Assembly: GCA_963753975.1 (NCBI GenBank)
Contig: CAVWEH010000001.1
Span: 224,001-288,000, forward strand
DNA length: 64,000 bases
Source of the DNA: an uncultured delta proteobacterium
GTDB lineage: Bacteria; Desulfobacterota; Syntrophia; Syntrophales; Smithellaceae
Direction: 5' to 3'
In this document: in pieces, positions 10,553 to 20,037 of the stretch
Layout of the letters: the number at the start of each line of letters is the position of its first letter
Numbering within the stretch: the first letter of the stretch is position 1
The notes under the pieces: generated by a model
Seen by the model: only the letters and a program-made list of their open reading frames with translations
The model's database searches: none
What the model was told of the DNA's origin: nothing
Position numbers and translations under genes: made by a program

Positions 10553-10911
10553 AGTATTAAATGTAAGCCCATTGAAATTCGGGCTTATGGTTTTTCCGTC
10601 TGTTTAGCCGTGATGCATTTGACAACATTATAATTTTTGCGAAGATCGCTTGAAAGAAATCAAAATCAAGAGTAGAATGCATGTCAATGGAATAAGGATA
10701 AAAATAACTGTTGTGTGCAGTGGGAAAAACAAGGGCTAATCAGCAGTTGTTTCAAACTGCAAGTTATTGAAAATTGTTCTTGATTATGCTGTTCATAAAA
10801 ATTAGTATGAACTAGAATGAGAATTTTGTATTGCTCACGGTTAGTACTGCGCCTCACAAGGGTTCGTGTTTTGTTAAAGATTGTCGCTATTGATAAGAAA
10901 AGGAGATCAAA

Positions 10912-11106
10912 ATGAAGAATTTCCCTTTCATCCATTTGATTGCTTTGGTTGTGGGCGGCGTTATTCTTTTCATGGTAAAAAGAAAATATCAGAAGATGCG
11001 GATCATTGAATTAATCATAATATTCATCCTCTACTTTATATTAGTGGCCCTCTTCACAGAGCCGGTGCTAAATCTGACGAGGAAGCTCGTTGGTAAATTA
11101 CAGTAA
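10912..11106 (+). CDS. Small two-TM membrane protein
   Basis: AGGAG RBS; two hydrophobic segments. Confidence 0.65.
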   Translation: MKNFPFIHLIALVVGGVILFMVKRKYQKMRIIELIIIFILYFILVALFTEPVLNLTRKLVGKLQ

Positions 11107-11515
11107 TACTCGCACGTGTAATAAATAAAATGAAAAGCTAACTTTTTTCCACATAGAATGTAACGAAATCACAGTCACATATTCGAAAAAGGAAAAATAA
11201 AAACAAACGTAACCAGACTTGCTAACTGCAGGCGTGTTTGCGTCTGCCGGAAGCAGCCATTTTTCATTTTCCGATTTTTATATCTCTCGAGTTAATCTTT
11301 TTACACTTTTCGTTCATTGGTTTTAATATTTCATTCAAAAGAATGAGTAAAGGCGTAGAGTCTTGGGTGGAGAACTACTCGCGGAAGATTCTGGTATTAT
11401 GTTGTTATTTCTTGTATTATAATAATAGCTAATGCGTACTGTAAATTTGGCATGATAATTTCATTAGCATAAGTTAAGCACTTGCCGAAGAAAGAGAATA
11501 AAGGAAGAATAAACC

Positions 11516-11758
11516 ATGCCAACGACAAAAAACAAGCCAAACGGTGAGCAGTTCGTCAAGGTCGGCGAGATATTGATGTTATCGGCTTGGGGGTTTGCGA
11601 TGGTAATATCTTCATTCCTGTTTCTTTATGTCGGTTATCTTGTGGATGAAATTCTGGGAACCACGCCGAACTTCATGCTGGCTTCTTTCTTTCTGGCGAT
11701 CGTTCTTTGTGTTTGGAGGCTTTATCAGGAGGCCTGGAAAAAAAGAAAGGATGTATAA
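11516..11758 (+). CDS. AtpZ/AtpI-like (ATPase_gene1 family) membrane protein
   Basis: Two TM helices joined by GYLVD..LGTTP.F, the family pattern GxxLDxxxGTxP. Confidence 0.8.
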   Translation: MPTTKNKPNGEQFVKVGEILMLSAWGFAMVISSFLFLYVGYLVDEILGTTPNFMLASFFLAIVLCVWRLYQEAWKKRKDV

Positions 11759-11930
11759 CCAACCACTGCCCTGATTTATTTTTAGCAAGCCCCTTAGGCC
11801 AAAACCCAAGAGGAGTTTGTTTACCGGTGAAAGTCAAGATTTGATGTTATGACAAATGTCAAATTAAATTACTTACAGTAAACATATCTTGAAAGAAAAA
11901 ACAATTAAGTGTAAATTTAACAATTAGGCC

Positions 11931-12297
11931 GGAGAAGATCAGATGATCGCTGGCAGAATTTATCTGCCGGAGGAAAGTCCGAGCTCCATAGGGCAGGATG
12001 GTCGCTAACGACGACTGGGGGCAACCCTAAGGAAAGTGCCACAGAAAACATACCGCCAGCGTATGCTGGTAAGGGTGAAAAGGCGAGGTAAGAGCTCACC
12101 GCTTTCCTGGCAACAGGAAAGGCATGGTAAACCCCATCCGGAGCAAGACCAAATAGGAGAACGTTTGAGGGCTGCCCGCTCGATGTTCTCGGGTAGCGTC
12201 GCTAGAGGCGTGAGGCAACTTACGCCCCAGATGAATGATCATCGCCGTGCTGAGGGTAACCTAAACACGGTACAGAACTCGGCTTACGATCTTCTCT
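11931..12297 (+). ncRNA. rnpB: RNase P RNA (type A)
   Basis: GAGGAAAGTCCGAGCTCC, AGTGCCACAGAAA, GGTAAACCCC, ACAGAACTCGGCTTA; P1 stem gagaagatc/gatcttctc. Confidence 0.97.
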
Positions 12298-12371
12298 TGA
12301 GCCTTTTATTTACATTCGCCGATTTAACGCTTAGACAAATGTTTACAACAGGAAAGCAAAAATTGAGCAAA

Positions 12372-12399
12372 AAAAGGCCGAATTTAAATTCGGCCTTTT
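12372..12399. terminator. Bidirectional terminator between rnpB and the Cache-protein gene
   Basis: Perfect 28-bp palindrome AAAAGGCCGAATTTAAATTCGGCCTTTT. Confidence 0.85.
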
Positions 12400-12401
12400 A
12401 A

Positions 12402-13718
12402 TTATTTATCATCATCTTCGTCGTCATCGTCAAAGGAAAGCGGATTTTTTGACCCTTCCGGCACTACGGCCTTAAGCGAGCGATAGATACCGCGAACAAG
12501 CAACCACATAATCAAGAAAAGAATAATCATCGAGGCAATAAGAATAAAGATGATGGTTGCGGTCCATGCTTTTGCTTCTTTGTCGATATTTTTGGAAACT
12601 TTTATGACGGCTTCATTATATTTTTCTACATCCAAACCCATACCGACCCAGCCAAAGCCTCCCGGTGGGGGAAGATTTGCTGCGTAAAACTTAATCGGCG
12701 CGTACGCTACAAATTTGGTATGACCACCAAATTTATATATCATGATTCCAGAATTACCGGATGCTGCATCTTTTGCGATTTTCGGCAAATTGGGATCCAT
12801 GAAATTAAGTTGATAGAGGTTTAATACCTCCTCACCTCTCTTGGTCAAATTTGCTGCATTTTGTTCAGTAAGAGCGGGAACAGGCGTACCGTTTTTATTA
12901 AGCCCCGCTATGTGGTAATCATTAGGATGGGAAATGACAAAACCGCGGTTATCTACCATGTAAGCATAGTTGCCGGTGGAAGCGTCCGCTTCAAATACCT
13001 GTTCCGACTGTGTAGGAATGATGTGATCAGTAAATTGGGCCAAGAAACGATAATCTAAGGCCAATGTAAGGATACCTGCAAAACCTTCTTTATTAAAAAC
13101 CGGGGTAGCAAAACGAACAACTCCAGAAAATCTGGCACCGTTTACAAAGGCTGCCCTCGATACGTACCAACCAGTAACCGGGGAAACATATACTTCACCC
13201 TTATTTAAATTTTTAGTTTCAGCAAAATAATTTTCCGTTTTATAGGTTGTATTAGCCGGAGTGCTTACATTAATTAGTTTCGCGGTCGGTGCTGCTTTAC
13301 CACCGACTATTTTAATCAGTTCTTTGCCCTTCTTATCTATAAGAGACATCTCTTTATATAGGGGGATCAAAACCTTTTGGATTTTTTTCCCCTCTTTGAT
13401 CCAGAGAGATTTTTTGTTTTCGAGGACAAACTGCTTGTATGCAGTTTCCGATGTTGGAATAATTGTTGCTATAAGTAAGTCTTTCTTGCTTTCCATAAGG
13501 AAACTGGCAATTTCATCTGCGGTATTAATGGCACGAATTTTTATTTCTTCCTGTGATTTTTGATCAAGAACATCAACTGTTCTCTCTTTTATGGTAACCC
13601 CAAGCTTAAACATGCCGTTGGCAATTAAGAAGGCCATCAGTGATAAGGGGATTACGATAAGCAGGAAGAACACGCCTCCGATAGTAAAAAACTGCTTATT
13701 TTTTTTAGTTTCTGACAT
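12402..13718 (-). CDS. Membrane-anchored dCache sensor protein with no cytoplasmic output domain
   Basis: TM, then VRFATPV and GNYAYMVDNRGFVISHP Cache motifs, TM, ~30-aa acidic tail. Confidence 0.85.
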   Translation of the reverse strand: MSETKKNKQFFTIGGVFFLLIVIPLSLMAFLIANGMFKLGVTIKERTVDVLDQKSQEEIKIRAINTADEIASFLMESKKDLLIATIIPTSETAYKQFVLENKKSLWIKEGKKIQKVLIPLYKEMSLIDKKGKELIKIVGGKAAPTAKLINVSTPANTTYKTENYFAETKNLNKGEVYVSPVTGWYVSRAAFVNGARFSGVVRFATPVFNKEGFAGILTLALDYRFLAQFTDHIIPTQSEQVFEADASTGNYAYMVDNRGFVISHPNDYHIAGLNKNGTPVPALTEQNAANLTKRGEEVLNLYQLNFMDPNLPKIAKDAASGNSGIMIYKFGGHTKFVAYAPIKFYAANLPPPGGFGWVGMGLDVEKYNEAVIKVSKNIDKEAKAWTATIIFILIASMIILFLIMWLLVRGIYRSLKAVVPEGSKNPLSFDDDDEDDDK

Positions 13719-13763
13719 TATAATTCCCCCCTAACCTTTGTTAATTTTTTAGTTAACGTATCA

Positions 13764-14138
13764 TTAACCCAAAAAATAACGCATGTAAGGGTTAGCATAG
13801 AGAAGTACGAGAGAGACAACCAAGGCATAAATAGCGATGGATTCCGACATAGCCATTCCTACCAGCATCGTCATCATAATCTTTCCCTGTACGCCCGGAT
13901 TTCTTCCTACTGCGGAGCACGCGCCACTGGCGGCTGTTCCAATACCCAGACCTGCGCCGACGGCTCCCACGCCAATAGCGATACCTGCAGCGAGCATCGC
14001 ACCCACGGCAAAAATAGCTTTGGAGTAAGATTCACCTGCGGATATAACGTCTGCTGCAAAAACGAGCGGACTCGATAAGAGCAGAACAATTATTGCAACG
14101 AATGTGCTGAGAATTTTTTTTCTAAAGTTGTGTGACAT
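13764..14138 (-). CDS. atpE: F0 ATP synthase subunit c with N-terminal signal-like extension
   Basis: GxGxGxG helix, RNP loop, ESIAIYAL carboxylate motif, ANP tail; AGGAG RBS. Confidence 0.93.
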   Translation of the reverse strand: MSHNFRKKILSTFVAIIVLLLSSPLVFAADVISAGESYSKAIFAVGAMLAAGIAIGVGAVGAGLGIGTAASGACSAVGRNPGVQGKIMMTMLVGMAMSESIAIYALVVSLVLLYANPYMRYFLG

Positions 14139-14267
14139 TATTTATCTCCTTTCCAGTTAATTGTTAATATTAAGGCCAAATATTAATAATAATCTTTCTC
14201 CATCACTAACATAAATTAGATGTCATGAAAAGAGGAAATCATTTTATTTAGACCGATTGATAATATT

Positions 14268-14284
14268 TGCACAATATGTGCCAT
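14268..14284 (-). promoter_or_regulatory. Sigma-54 (-24/-12) promoter upstream of atpE
   Basis: Minus strand reads TGGCACATATTGTGCA, an exact GG-N10-GC. Confidence 0.7.
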
Positions 14285-14518
14285 TGTCTTGAAAGGAGAT
14301 ATCTCCTATAGAAGATTGCCGTACATCAGTACGAGGAAGTCAAGGAACCAGTTGCCTAATTCATTGAGATTGCTTTATTTAAACCATAGCTGTTCAATGA
14401 CGTTTGGGAATAAGGATGTTTGATAATAAAATTTTTATGGAGCTGAAATTAAGTTCAACCATGGTCTCGATTTAAAGTTTTGTTAAATCACCAGCTATAA
14501 AACATTCAAATTACATGT

Positions 14519-14636
14519 ATGAGTCTCAGCATAATTTGGGGGTGCAATCCCACGTCGCTTAGCTCCTGGGATAATTCGACTAACGTTTCAAACTTCATCC
14601 CGACTCGTCGGGATTCGTTTTCAGCGAGTCTCATTA
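14519..14636 (-). repeat. REP/MITE-like element, family A, copy 2
   Basis: Reverse complement taatgagactcgctgaaaacgaa...tgaagtttgaa...gaattatccc matches 46927-46985; terminal inverted repeat atgagtctcagc/gcgagtctcat. Confidence 0.7.
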
Positions 14637-14732
14637 TATTTATATTGAAATTTTGTCTGGAGGCCGTTAATATCTGGCATATTATCTTTGCGGCGATTCT
14701 TAAGTGCCATAATCTTTTATTAAAGGATTGTT

Positions 14733-14915
14733 ATGCAGGAAATTTTAACCGCTGTTACGTACCCGATAGTCTGGCTTATTTGCTCTTACGTTTTAAAAAT
14801 TGAGAGCGGCTTGGCGAAACTTCTTATTTCACTTACGGCATCTATCTTAGTTTATGTCTTGATAGGCATAATGCGTTCCTCAAAAGAAGATAAATGGGAT
14901 AAAGAAGATGAATAA
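14733..14915 (+). CDS. Small putative membrane protein
   Basis: AAGGA RBS, two hydrophobic stretches, acidic tail. Confidence 0.45.
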   Translation: MQEILTAVTYPIVWLICSYVLKIESGLAKLLISLTASILVYVLIGIMRSSKEDKWDKEDE

Positions 14916-15032
14916 TATCATTAACATCTTTATAAAAGTTGGTCCGCAGATACGGCGTTTTATTCCAAGCTGCTCTGTTACTGAAAAATCAAGATTTCAT
15001 TTAAACAAAAATACTTGTTATTGAGGGTATAG

Positions 15033-17597
15033 ATGCGCATTTGGTTTGCCAGCTTAACTGTAATCGTCTTGATCATACTGCTCGCTTTGACGGTTAACAA
15101 TGCCCGGGAAAAAGAAATGGTTGAGCTTTTCAGCCGCCAGCAGCTTGCCTATGCCCAGAGTACAGCTGCAAGAATGGCCGATATATTCACGCAAGTCGAA
15201 AAAAATATAGCGTTGCTTTCTCGCCTGGAACATCAGGATAATATGCCGGAAAGAATCGATGATGATTTAAAAGTTATTTATTCCGGTTGGGAAAATATAG
15301 TCAATGCCGTCATCTTGCTGGACAAAGAAGGGAGGATAAAACGCGTCTTCCCTAAAGGTGCGTTTTCAGTTGTAAACATTGCAGGACATTTTAAAATTCT
15401 GAAGCAGAAACAAAAACAATATTTAAGTTTAGCGCCGGCGGAAAAATCACGTGCAACCGGTATAAAACAGAAAACGGACTGGCATCTAATTATTGGTTAT
15501 CCCCTTTGGCGTCAGGAAAATATTTTTTCCGGGGCCTGGATAGTGTCTCTATCTCTGGCGGCAATAATTGAAGGATATGAGAAGCAAACAAAAGATAATG
15601 GATTGGGTGATCTTTGGTTGTTAGATGAACAAGGCAACTTCATTATCCATCCTGATCCGTCTTTTATCGGGAAAAACATCAGCAGTTTGGTAAAAAACAT
15701 GAATGGATCTGAACTCGATTTCTCTTCCGAACAGGGAAATTATATGGATTCATTAGTTCGGCAAAATAATAAAGAAGAGAAAAGAAGTATTATTGCTTAT
15801 TATCCTTTACAAGCCGGTGGGAAAAAATGGTTTATATTGGTTGCCTCGCCATACAGTAACGTCATTCTGCCCGTACGTAAAACATTCGCTTATACGCTTT
15901 TCAGCGCTATTCTGCTTATTCTGGTTGTGGTTGTTGCCAGTATGTCTTTTGCCTTCAGGGAAGGTAAAAGGTTACGGATGAAAGAAGGGCAAAAAAGATT
16001 AAAAGAACGGGAAGATTGGCAGGAGAAACTTCTGAGGGAAAAGAAAACTATCGATGGTATTATGCAAGGCTCGCCGATCCCCGCTTTTGTCATCAACAAA
16101 GCGCATGAAGTTATCCTATGGAATCGTGCTTGCATGGAGCTTACCGGTTACTCGACCGCAGATATGGTCGGTACAGACAAACATTACATCCCTTTCTATT
16201 CAGTAAAAAGGCCGGTTATTGCCGATTTGATCATTGATAATGATATTGAAGGCTTGAATCAATATTACGGTGAAAAAAAGATAAAAAAATCGGAAAAAGT
16301 ATTGGGTGCCTATGAAGCGACCGATTATTTTGAAAATCTCGGCGGCCACAGCCGGTTTTTGTATTTTCTCGCAGCCCCTATTTACGATGAAAAAGGGGAA
16401 ATTATAGCGGCAGTTGAAACACTGCAAGATGTTTCTCGCGATGAAGAATTGACCAGAAATTTGCGCGAATATGCTGAAACACTGCAAAATGAATTGACCG
16501 AGAATATTGAATTGCGCCGAGAAATTGAAGAACTTTACAATTATTTACAATCAATCGTAAAAAGTTTGCCGGATAAAATTTATGAAATGGACGAAAACGG
16601 CATCGTCAATTACATAAGTCGAGGTAGAAAGAAGGACGGGGGAGTATCGTCACGTGAATTTAAAGGTGTGTATTTTCTGGAATTTGTTGCTCCGGCGGAC
16701 AGGGATTTTGTCTTGTCTATGTGGGAAAACGCGAAAAAAGGTATTTACACACCCTATGAAATGGAAGCTGCGGCAAAAGACGGCCGAAAGATAAATTTAT
16801 TGGTCACCACGTCACCTGTCATCGGCACTAACCGCTATATTGTAGTTCAACGCGACATTACCGAATTTAAAAATTTGGAAAAAAAGCTCTATGAAAGTGA
16901 AAAGCTGGCCGCTCTGGGACAGTTATCGGCGGGAATTGCTCATGAAGTGCGCAATCCGCTATCATCAATTAAGATGAGTTTGCAGATCCTGGAGAAGCGC
17001 ATGAATCCGGCAGGCAATGATCTAAAAAGATTTAAAATAGCCGAAAAAGAAGTGGAGCATTTGGAGACGCTGGTTAACAATGTTTTGGTTTTTGCCAAGC
17101 CGCTGGAACCAAAAAAAATTCCTGTAGATTTAGCCAAAGTACTCGACCATGCTATTGCTATGGCCGAAAAAGAAATTGCCGACAAACGAGTTGAGTTGCA
17201 AACAGAATTCAGTAATATACCCGCTATAACAGTTGATCCAGCAATGATGACCGATGCTTTTTTAAATATTATTCGTAACGCTGTGGAAGCAGTAACTGAG
17301 TTTGGCAATATTACAGTTTCCTTGCGATATTTTGATGAAACAAATCAATCAGTGGTAGTGGAAATTAAGGATAACGGATGCGGTATCGATGAGGAAGATA
17401 TGCCGCATATATTTAATCCCTTCTTTACGGTAAAAAAATATGGTACAGGTTTAGGGCTTTCTCAGGTAAAGAAAATAATTGATCTTCATCGAGGGACTAT
17501 TGATATTTTGAGTAGAAAGAATGAGGGTACGATGGTTCGTATTGCTTTGCCGTTGGAAATCGCTGATGCACGGATGGTTAGTCTACCTGAAAATTAA
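15033..17597 (+). CDS. Sensor histidine kinase (dCache, 2 PAS, HisKA, HATPase_c)
   Basis: AHEVRNPL H-box, DNGCGI, GTGLGL; two TM helices flanking a Cache domain. Confidence 0.95.
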   Translation: MRIWFASLTVIVLIILLALTVNNAREKEMVELFSRQQLAYAQSTAARMADIFTQVEKNIALLSRLEHQDNMPERIDDDLKVIYSGWENIVNAVILLDKEGRIKRVFPKGAFSVVNIAGHFKILKQKQKQYLSLAPAEKSRATGIKQKTDWHLIIGYPLWRQENIFSGAWIVSLSLAAIIEGYEKQTKDNGLGDLWLLDEQGNFIIHPDPSFIGKNISSLVKNMNGSELDFSSEQGNYMDSLVRQNNKEEKRSIIAYYPLQAGGKKWFILVASPYSNVILPVRKTFAYTLFSAILLILVVVVASMSFAFREGKRLRMKEGQKRLKEREDWQEKLLREKKTIDGIMQGSPIPAFVINKAHEVILWNRACMELTGYSTADMVGTDKHYIPFYSVKRPVIADLIIDNDIEGLNQYYGEKKIKKSEKVLGAYEATDYFENLGGHSRFLYFLAAPIYDEKGEIIAAVETLQDVSRDEELTRNLREYAETLQNELTENIELRREIEELYNYLQSIVKSLPDKIYEMDENGIVNYISRGRKKDGGVSSREFKGVYFLEFVAPADRDFVLSMWENAKKGIYTPYEMEAAAKDGRKINLLVTTSPVIGTNRYIVVQRDITEFKNLEKKLYESEKLAALGQLSAGIAHEVRNPLSSIKMSLQILEKRMNPAGNDLKRFKIAEKEVEHLETLVNNVLVFAKPLEPKKIPVDLAKVLDHAIAMAEKEIADKRVELQTEFSNIPAITVDPAMMTDAFLNIIRNAVEAVTEFGNITVSLRYFDETNQSVVVEIKDNGCGIDEEDMPHIFNPFFTVKKYGTGLGLSQVKKIIDLHRGTIDILSRKNEGTMVRIALPLEIADARMVSLPEN

Positions 17598-17608
17598 GGT
17601 CGCTTATT

Positions 17609-18991
17609 ATGTCCAAAATTTTGGTTATTGATGATGATGCTTCGATTAGGGAAACCCTGGATTTGTATCTGACGGAAGAAGGTTATACTGTGGAAACCGC
17701 TCAAAACGGTACAGATGGCCTGAACAAATACGTGAAAAATCCTGCTGATGTAGTGATTTTAGATATCAGGCTGCCGGATGTAGATGGCTTCTCTGTGCTG
17801 GAAGACCTGAAGGAGGAAAATGAAAACATAAAAGTGATTATGATTACCGCTTATCATGACATGGAAACAACGATTAACGCCATGAAAAGCGGAGCCTTCG
17901 ATTATATTCATAAACCGGTCAATGTCGATGAACTGGATATTGCGATTAAAAAAGCCCTGAAATCGCTGGAAATGGAAAAAAAGATAGACGGTCTTTTGAT
18001 GGAGCCTTCGCGCAATTTCCGGGTCGGTGATATTATCGGAACCGGCAATGAAATGCGGGAAATATTTAAAACGATAGGAGTAGTTTCGCAGAGCCGGACG
18101 ACCGTCCTCATCCAGGGCGAAAGCGGCACGGGCAAAGAATTAATTGCCAAGGTTATCCATAACAATACTTCGCCCGACGAACCGTTTATTGCCGTTAATT
18201 GTTCGGCGATTGTCGAGACACTCCTGGAATCAGAATTATTCGGCCATGAGAAGGGCTCGTTTACGGGCGCCATTGCCCGTAAGTTGGGCAAATTCGAGCT
18301 GGCTCGTTACGGTTCAGTCTTTCTGGATGAAATCAGTGAAATGTCCGTCAACTTACAGGCAAAACTCTTGCGTGTTTTACAGGAGATGGAATTCGATAGA
18401 GTGGGCGGCAAAGACAAGGTCAAGGTTAACGCGCGGATTATGGCCGCGACCAATAAAGATTTAAAGACTCTGGTGAAAGAGGGAAAATTCCGCGATGATT
18501 TGTATTATCGTTTGAATATCGTTTCGATAAATATTCCGCCGTTGCGAACACGCCGTCAGGACATTCCACCGCTGATCGATTATCTGCTGGCAAAAATCAA
18601 TATGGATCTGCACAAAAAAATTATCGGCGTTTCGGACGAGATGATGGAAATATTCATGAATTACAACTGGCCGGGGAATATCCGCGAATTGGAAAATCTG
18701 CTGGTCCGGGCCTGTGTTGTCGCTAAGGGTCAGGTATTAGGCAAAAATGATTTTCCGGAACTTGGTAAGGACGAGACAACTAAGCTGCAAAAGGATACCG
18801 CCGGGGATATATTTACAGTAGTCGAGCCGGGTAAATTCTTAACACTGGACGAAGTCGAAGAACGTTACATCAGAAAAGTCATCAAAGAAACGAATAAGAA
18901 TAAAGGCGAAATTTGCGAGTTATTGGGAATTTCCCGTCCTACCTTCGAACGCAAACTAGAAAAATATGGGATTACCTTTGAACGAGAATAA
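17609..18991 (+). CDS. Sigma-54-dependent response regulator (NtrC family)
   Basis: REC domain, GESGTGKE, GSFTGA loop, WPGNIREL, C-terminal HTH. Confidence 0.96.
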   Translation: MSKILVIDDDASIRETLDLYLTEEGYTVETAQNGTDGLNKYVKNPADVVILDIRLPDVDGFSVLEDLKEENENIKVIMITAYHDMETTINAMKSGAFDYIHKPVNVDELDIAIKKALKSLEMEKKIDGLLMEPSRNFRVGDIIGTGNEMREIFKTIGVVSQSRTTVLIQGESGTGKELIAKVIHNNTSPDEPFIAVNCSAIVETLLESELFGHEKGSFTGAIARKLGKFELARYGSVFLDEISEMSVNLQAKLLRVLQEMEFDRVGGKDKVKVNARIMAATNKDLKTLVKEGKFRDDLYYRLNIVSINIPPLRTRRQDIPPLIDYLLAKINMDLHKKIIGVSDEMMEIFMNYNWPGNIRELENLLVRACVVAKGQVLGKNDFPELGKDETTKLQKDTAGDIFTVVEPGKFLTLDEVEERYIRKVIKETNKNKGEICELLGISRPTFERKLEKYGITFERE

Positions 18992-18996
18992 GGAGT

Positions 18997-19175
18997 GTTG
19001 CCCAAGAATCCTTTTCGCTGCCTGCAAGCATTTTGGATAAATCTAAGGCTCGCTTCGGGCGATTACAAAACTCGCCTGCGGCTCAGACATTTGTAATCGC
19101 TAATCTTACGCTTCGCCAAGCTTTATTAGCCAAAATGCTTTCAATGGCCGCTCAAATGGATATCTTTTGGGCAAC
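18997..19175. repeat. Nested palindromic REP-like element, family B
   Basis: Paired arms gttgcccaaga/ttttgggcaac, aagcattttgg/ccaaaatgctt, gcgattacaaa/tttgtaatcgc. Confidence 0.75.
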
Positions 19176-19220
19176 TGATCGTCCATGACCCGATCCCATT
19201 TTTTTCTCTTCCTCCTGCCT

Positions 19221-19700
19221 TTATGCCATTTCTTCCAATTTTGAAAGATGGTATCTAAGAGGGGCAACTTCCCGCCAGAGAACTTTATCACCAGATTTTA
19301 TCTTACTCTTCTGATAAAATTCAGCAATTTTTCCTCTTTCTCTGAGTCTGTTTGCGGGGGATAGGGCATCAGTTTTGAAAACTTGACCTACCGATGTTTC
19401 AACTTCGAACTCTCTTTCATCAGTTGGAATTAGCCCATTCTTTATGGCCTTTGTGATTGAAAGGTAGTTTTGCTTTATAGCGCCCTGTGTTATTTCCCAT
19501 GAGGTTGACTTTTCGGATTCTTCAAATTTATTACTTTCAATATTTTCAATAGCATGCTCCACTTTTTGTGCTTCTTTTTTAATCCTTTCGATATCTTGAA
19601 CTATTGTATTTAATTGCGCGATCCTTTTTGACTCTTTTTTTTCAATAGAAATTTTCATAAGGTTCCAAATTTTTTCTTCCAAATATCTAATTTCCTTCAC
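19221..19700 (-). CDS. Hypothetical protein: coiled coil plus possible DNA-binding pseudobarrel domain
   Basis: GGAGG RBS, GTG start, 159-aa ORF. Confidence 0.7.
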   Translation of the reverse strand: MKEIRYLEEKIWNLMKISIEKKESKRIAQLNTIVQDIERIKKEAQKVEHAIENIESNKFEESEKSTSWEITQGAIKQNYLSITKAIKNGLIPTDEREFEVETSVGQVFKTDALSPANRLRERGKIAEFYQKSKIKSGDKVLWREVAPLRYHLSKLEEMA

Positions 19701-20037
19701 GTGAACACCTCCTTTGTCATTTTGTCAGTATTACTAACAAACAATTTAACATTTGTCAAGCAAAAATATTTAACCTTGGCCTTTATTTAAAAACCATTAT
19801 AGGGATCTTTAAATATAAGTTTTTTTGTGTTGACAGAATGGATAGTCATTTCCTTGGAGCCTGCCCGGCGAATGCGGGGAGCGAAATGAGACAAGGCAAG
19901 CAGGAAATTATCCTTGCATAAATGGCGGAATAGGAAATATAAAAAGGGCCATATAATCAAATCGAGTATCGACGAAAAACTAAGGTAAGAAAATTGCTCA
20001 GACAAGTAGCTCGTGTCGTTAAGGATTATTTTAAAAC

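Noticed and set aside
12036..12401. 121-aa ORF, and the antisense 60-aa ORF at 11917-12099
   Set aside because: Both overlap the RNase P RNA gene and are spurious.
19830..19910. Possible riboswitch upstream of engB
   Set aside because: A modest hairpin (tcatttc/gaaatga) is present, but I could not match it to any aptamer consensus.
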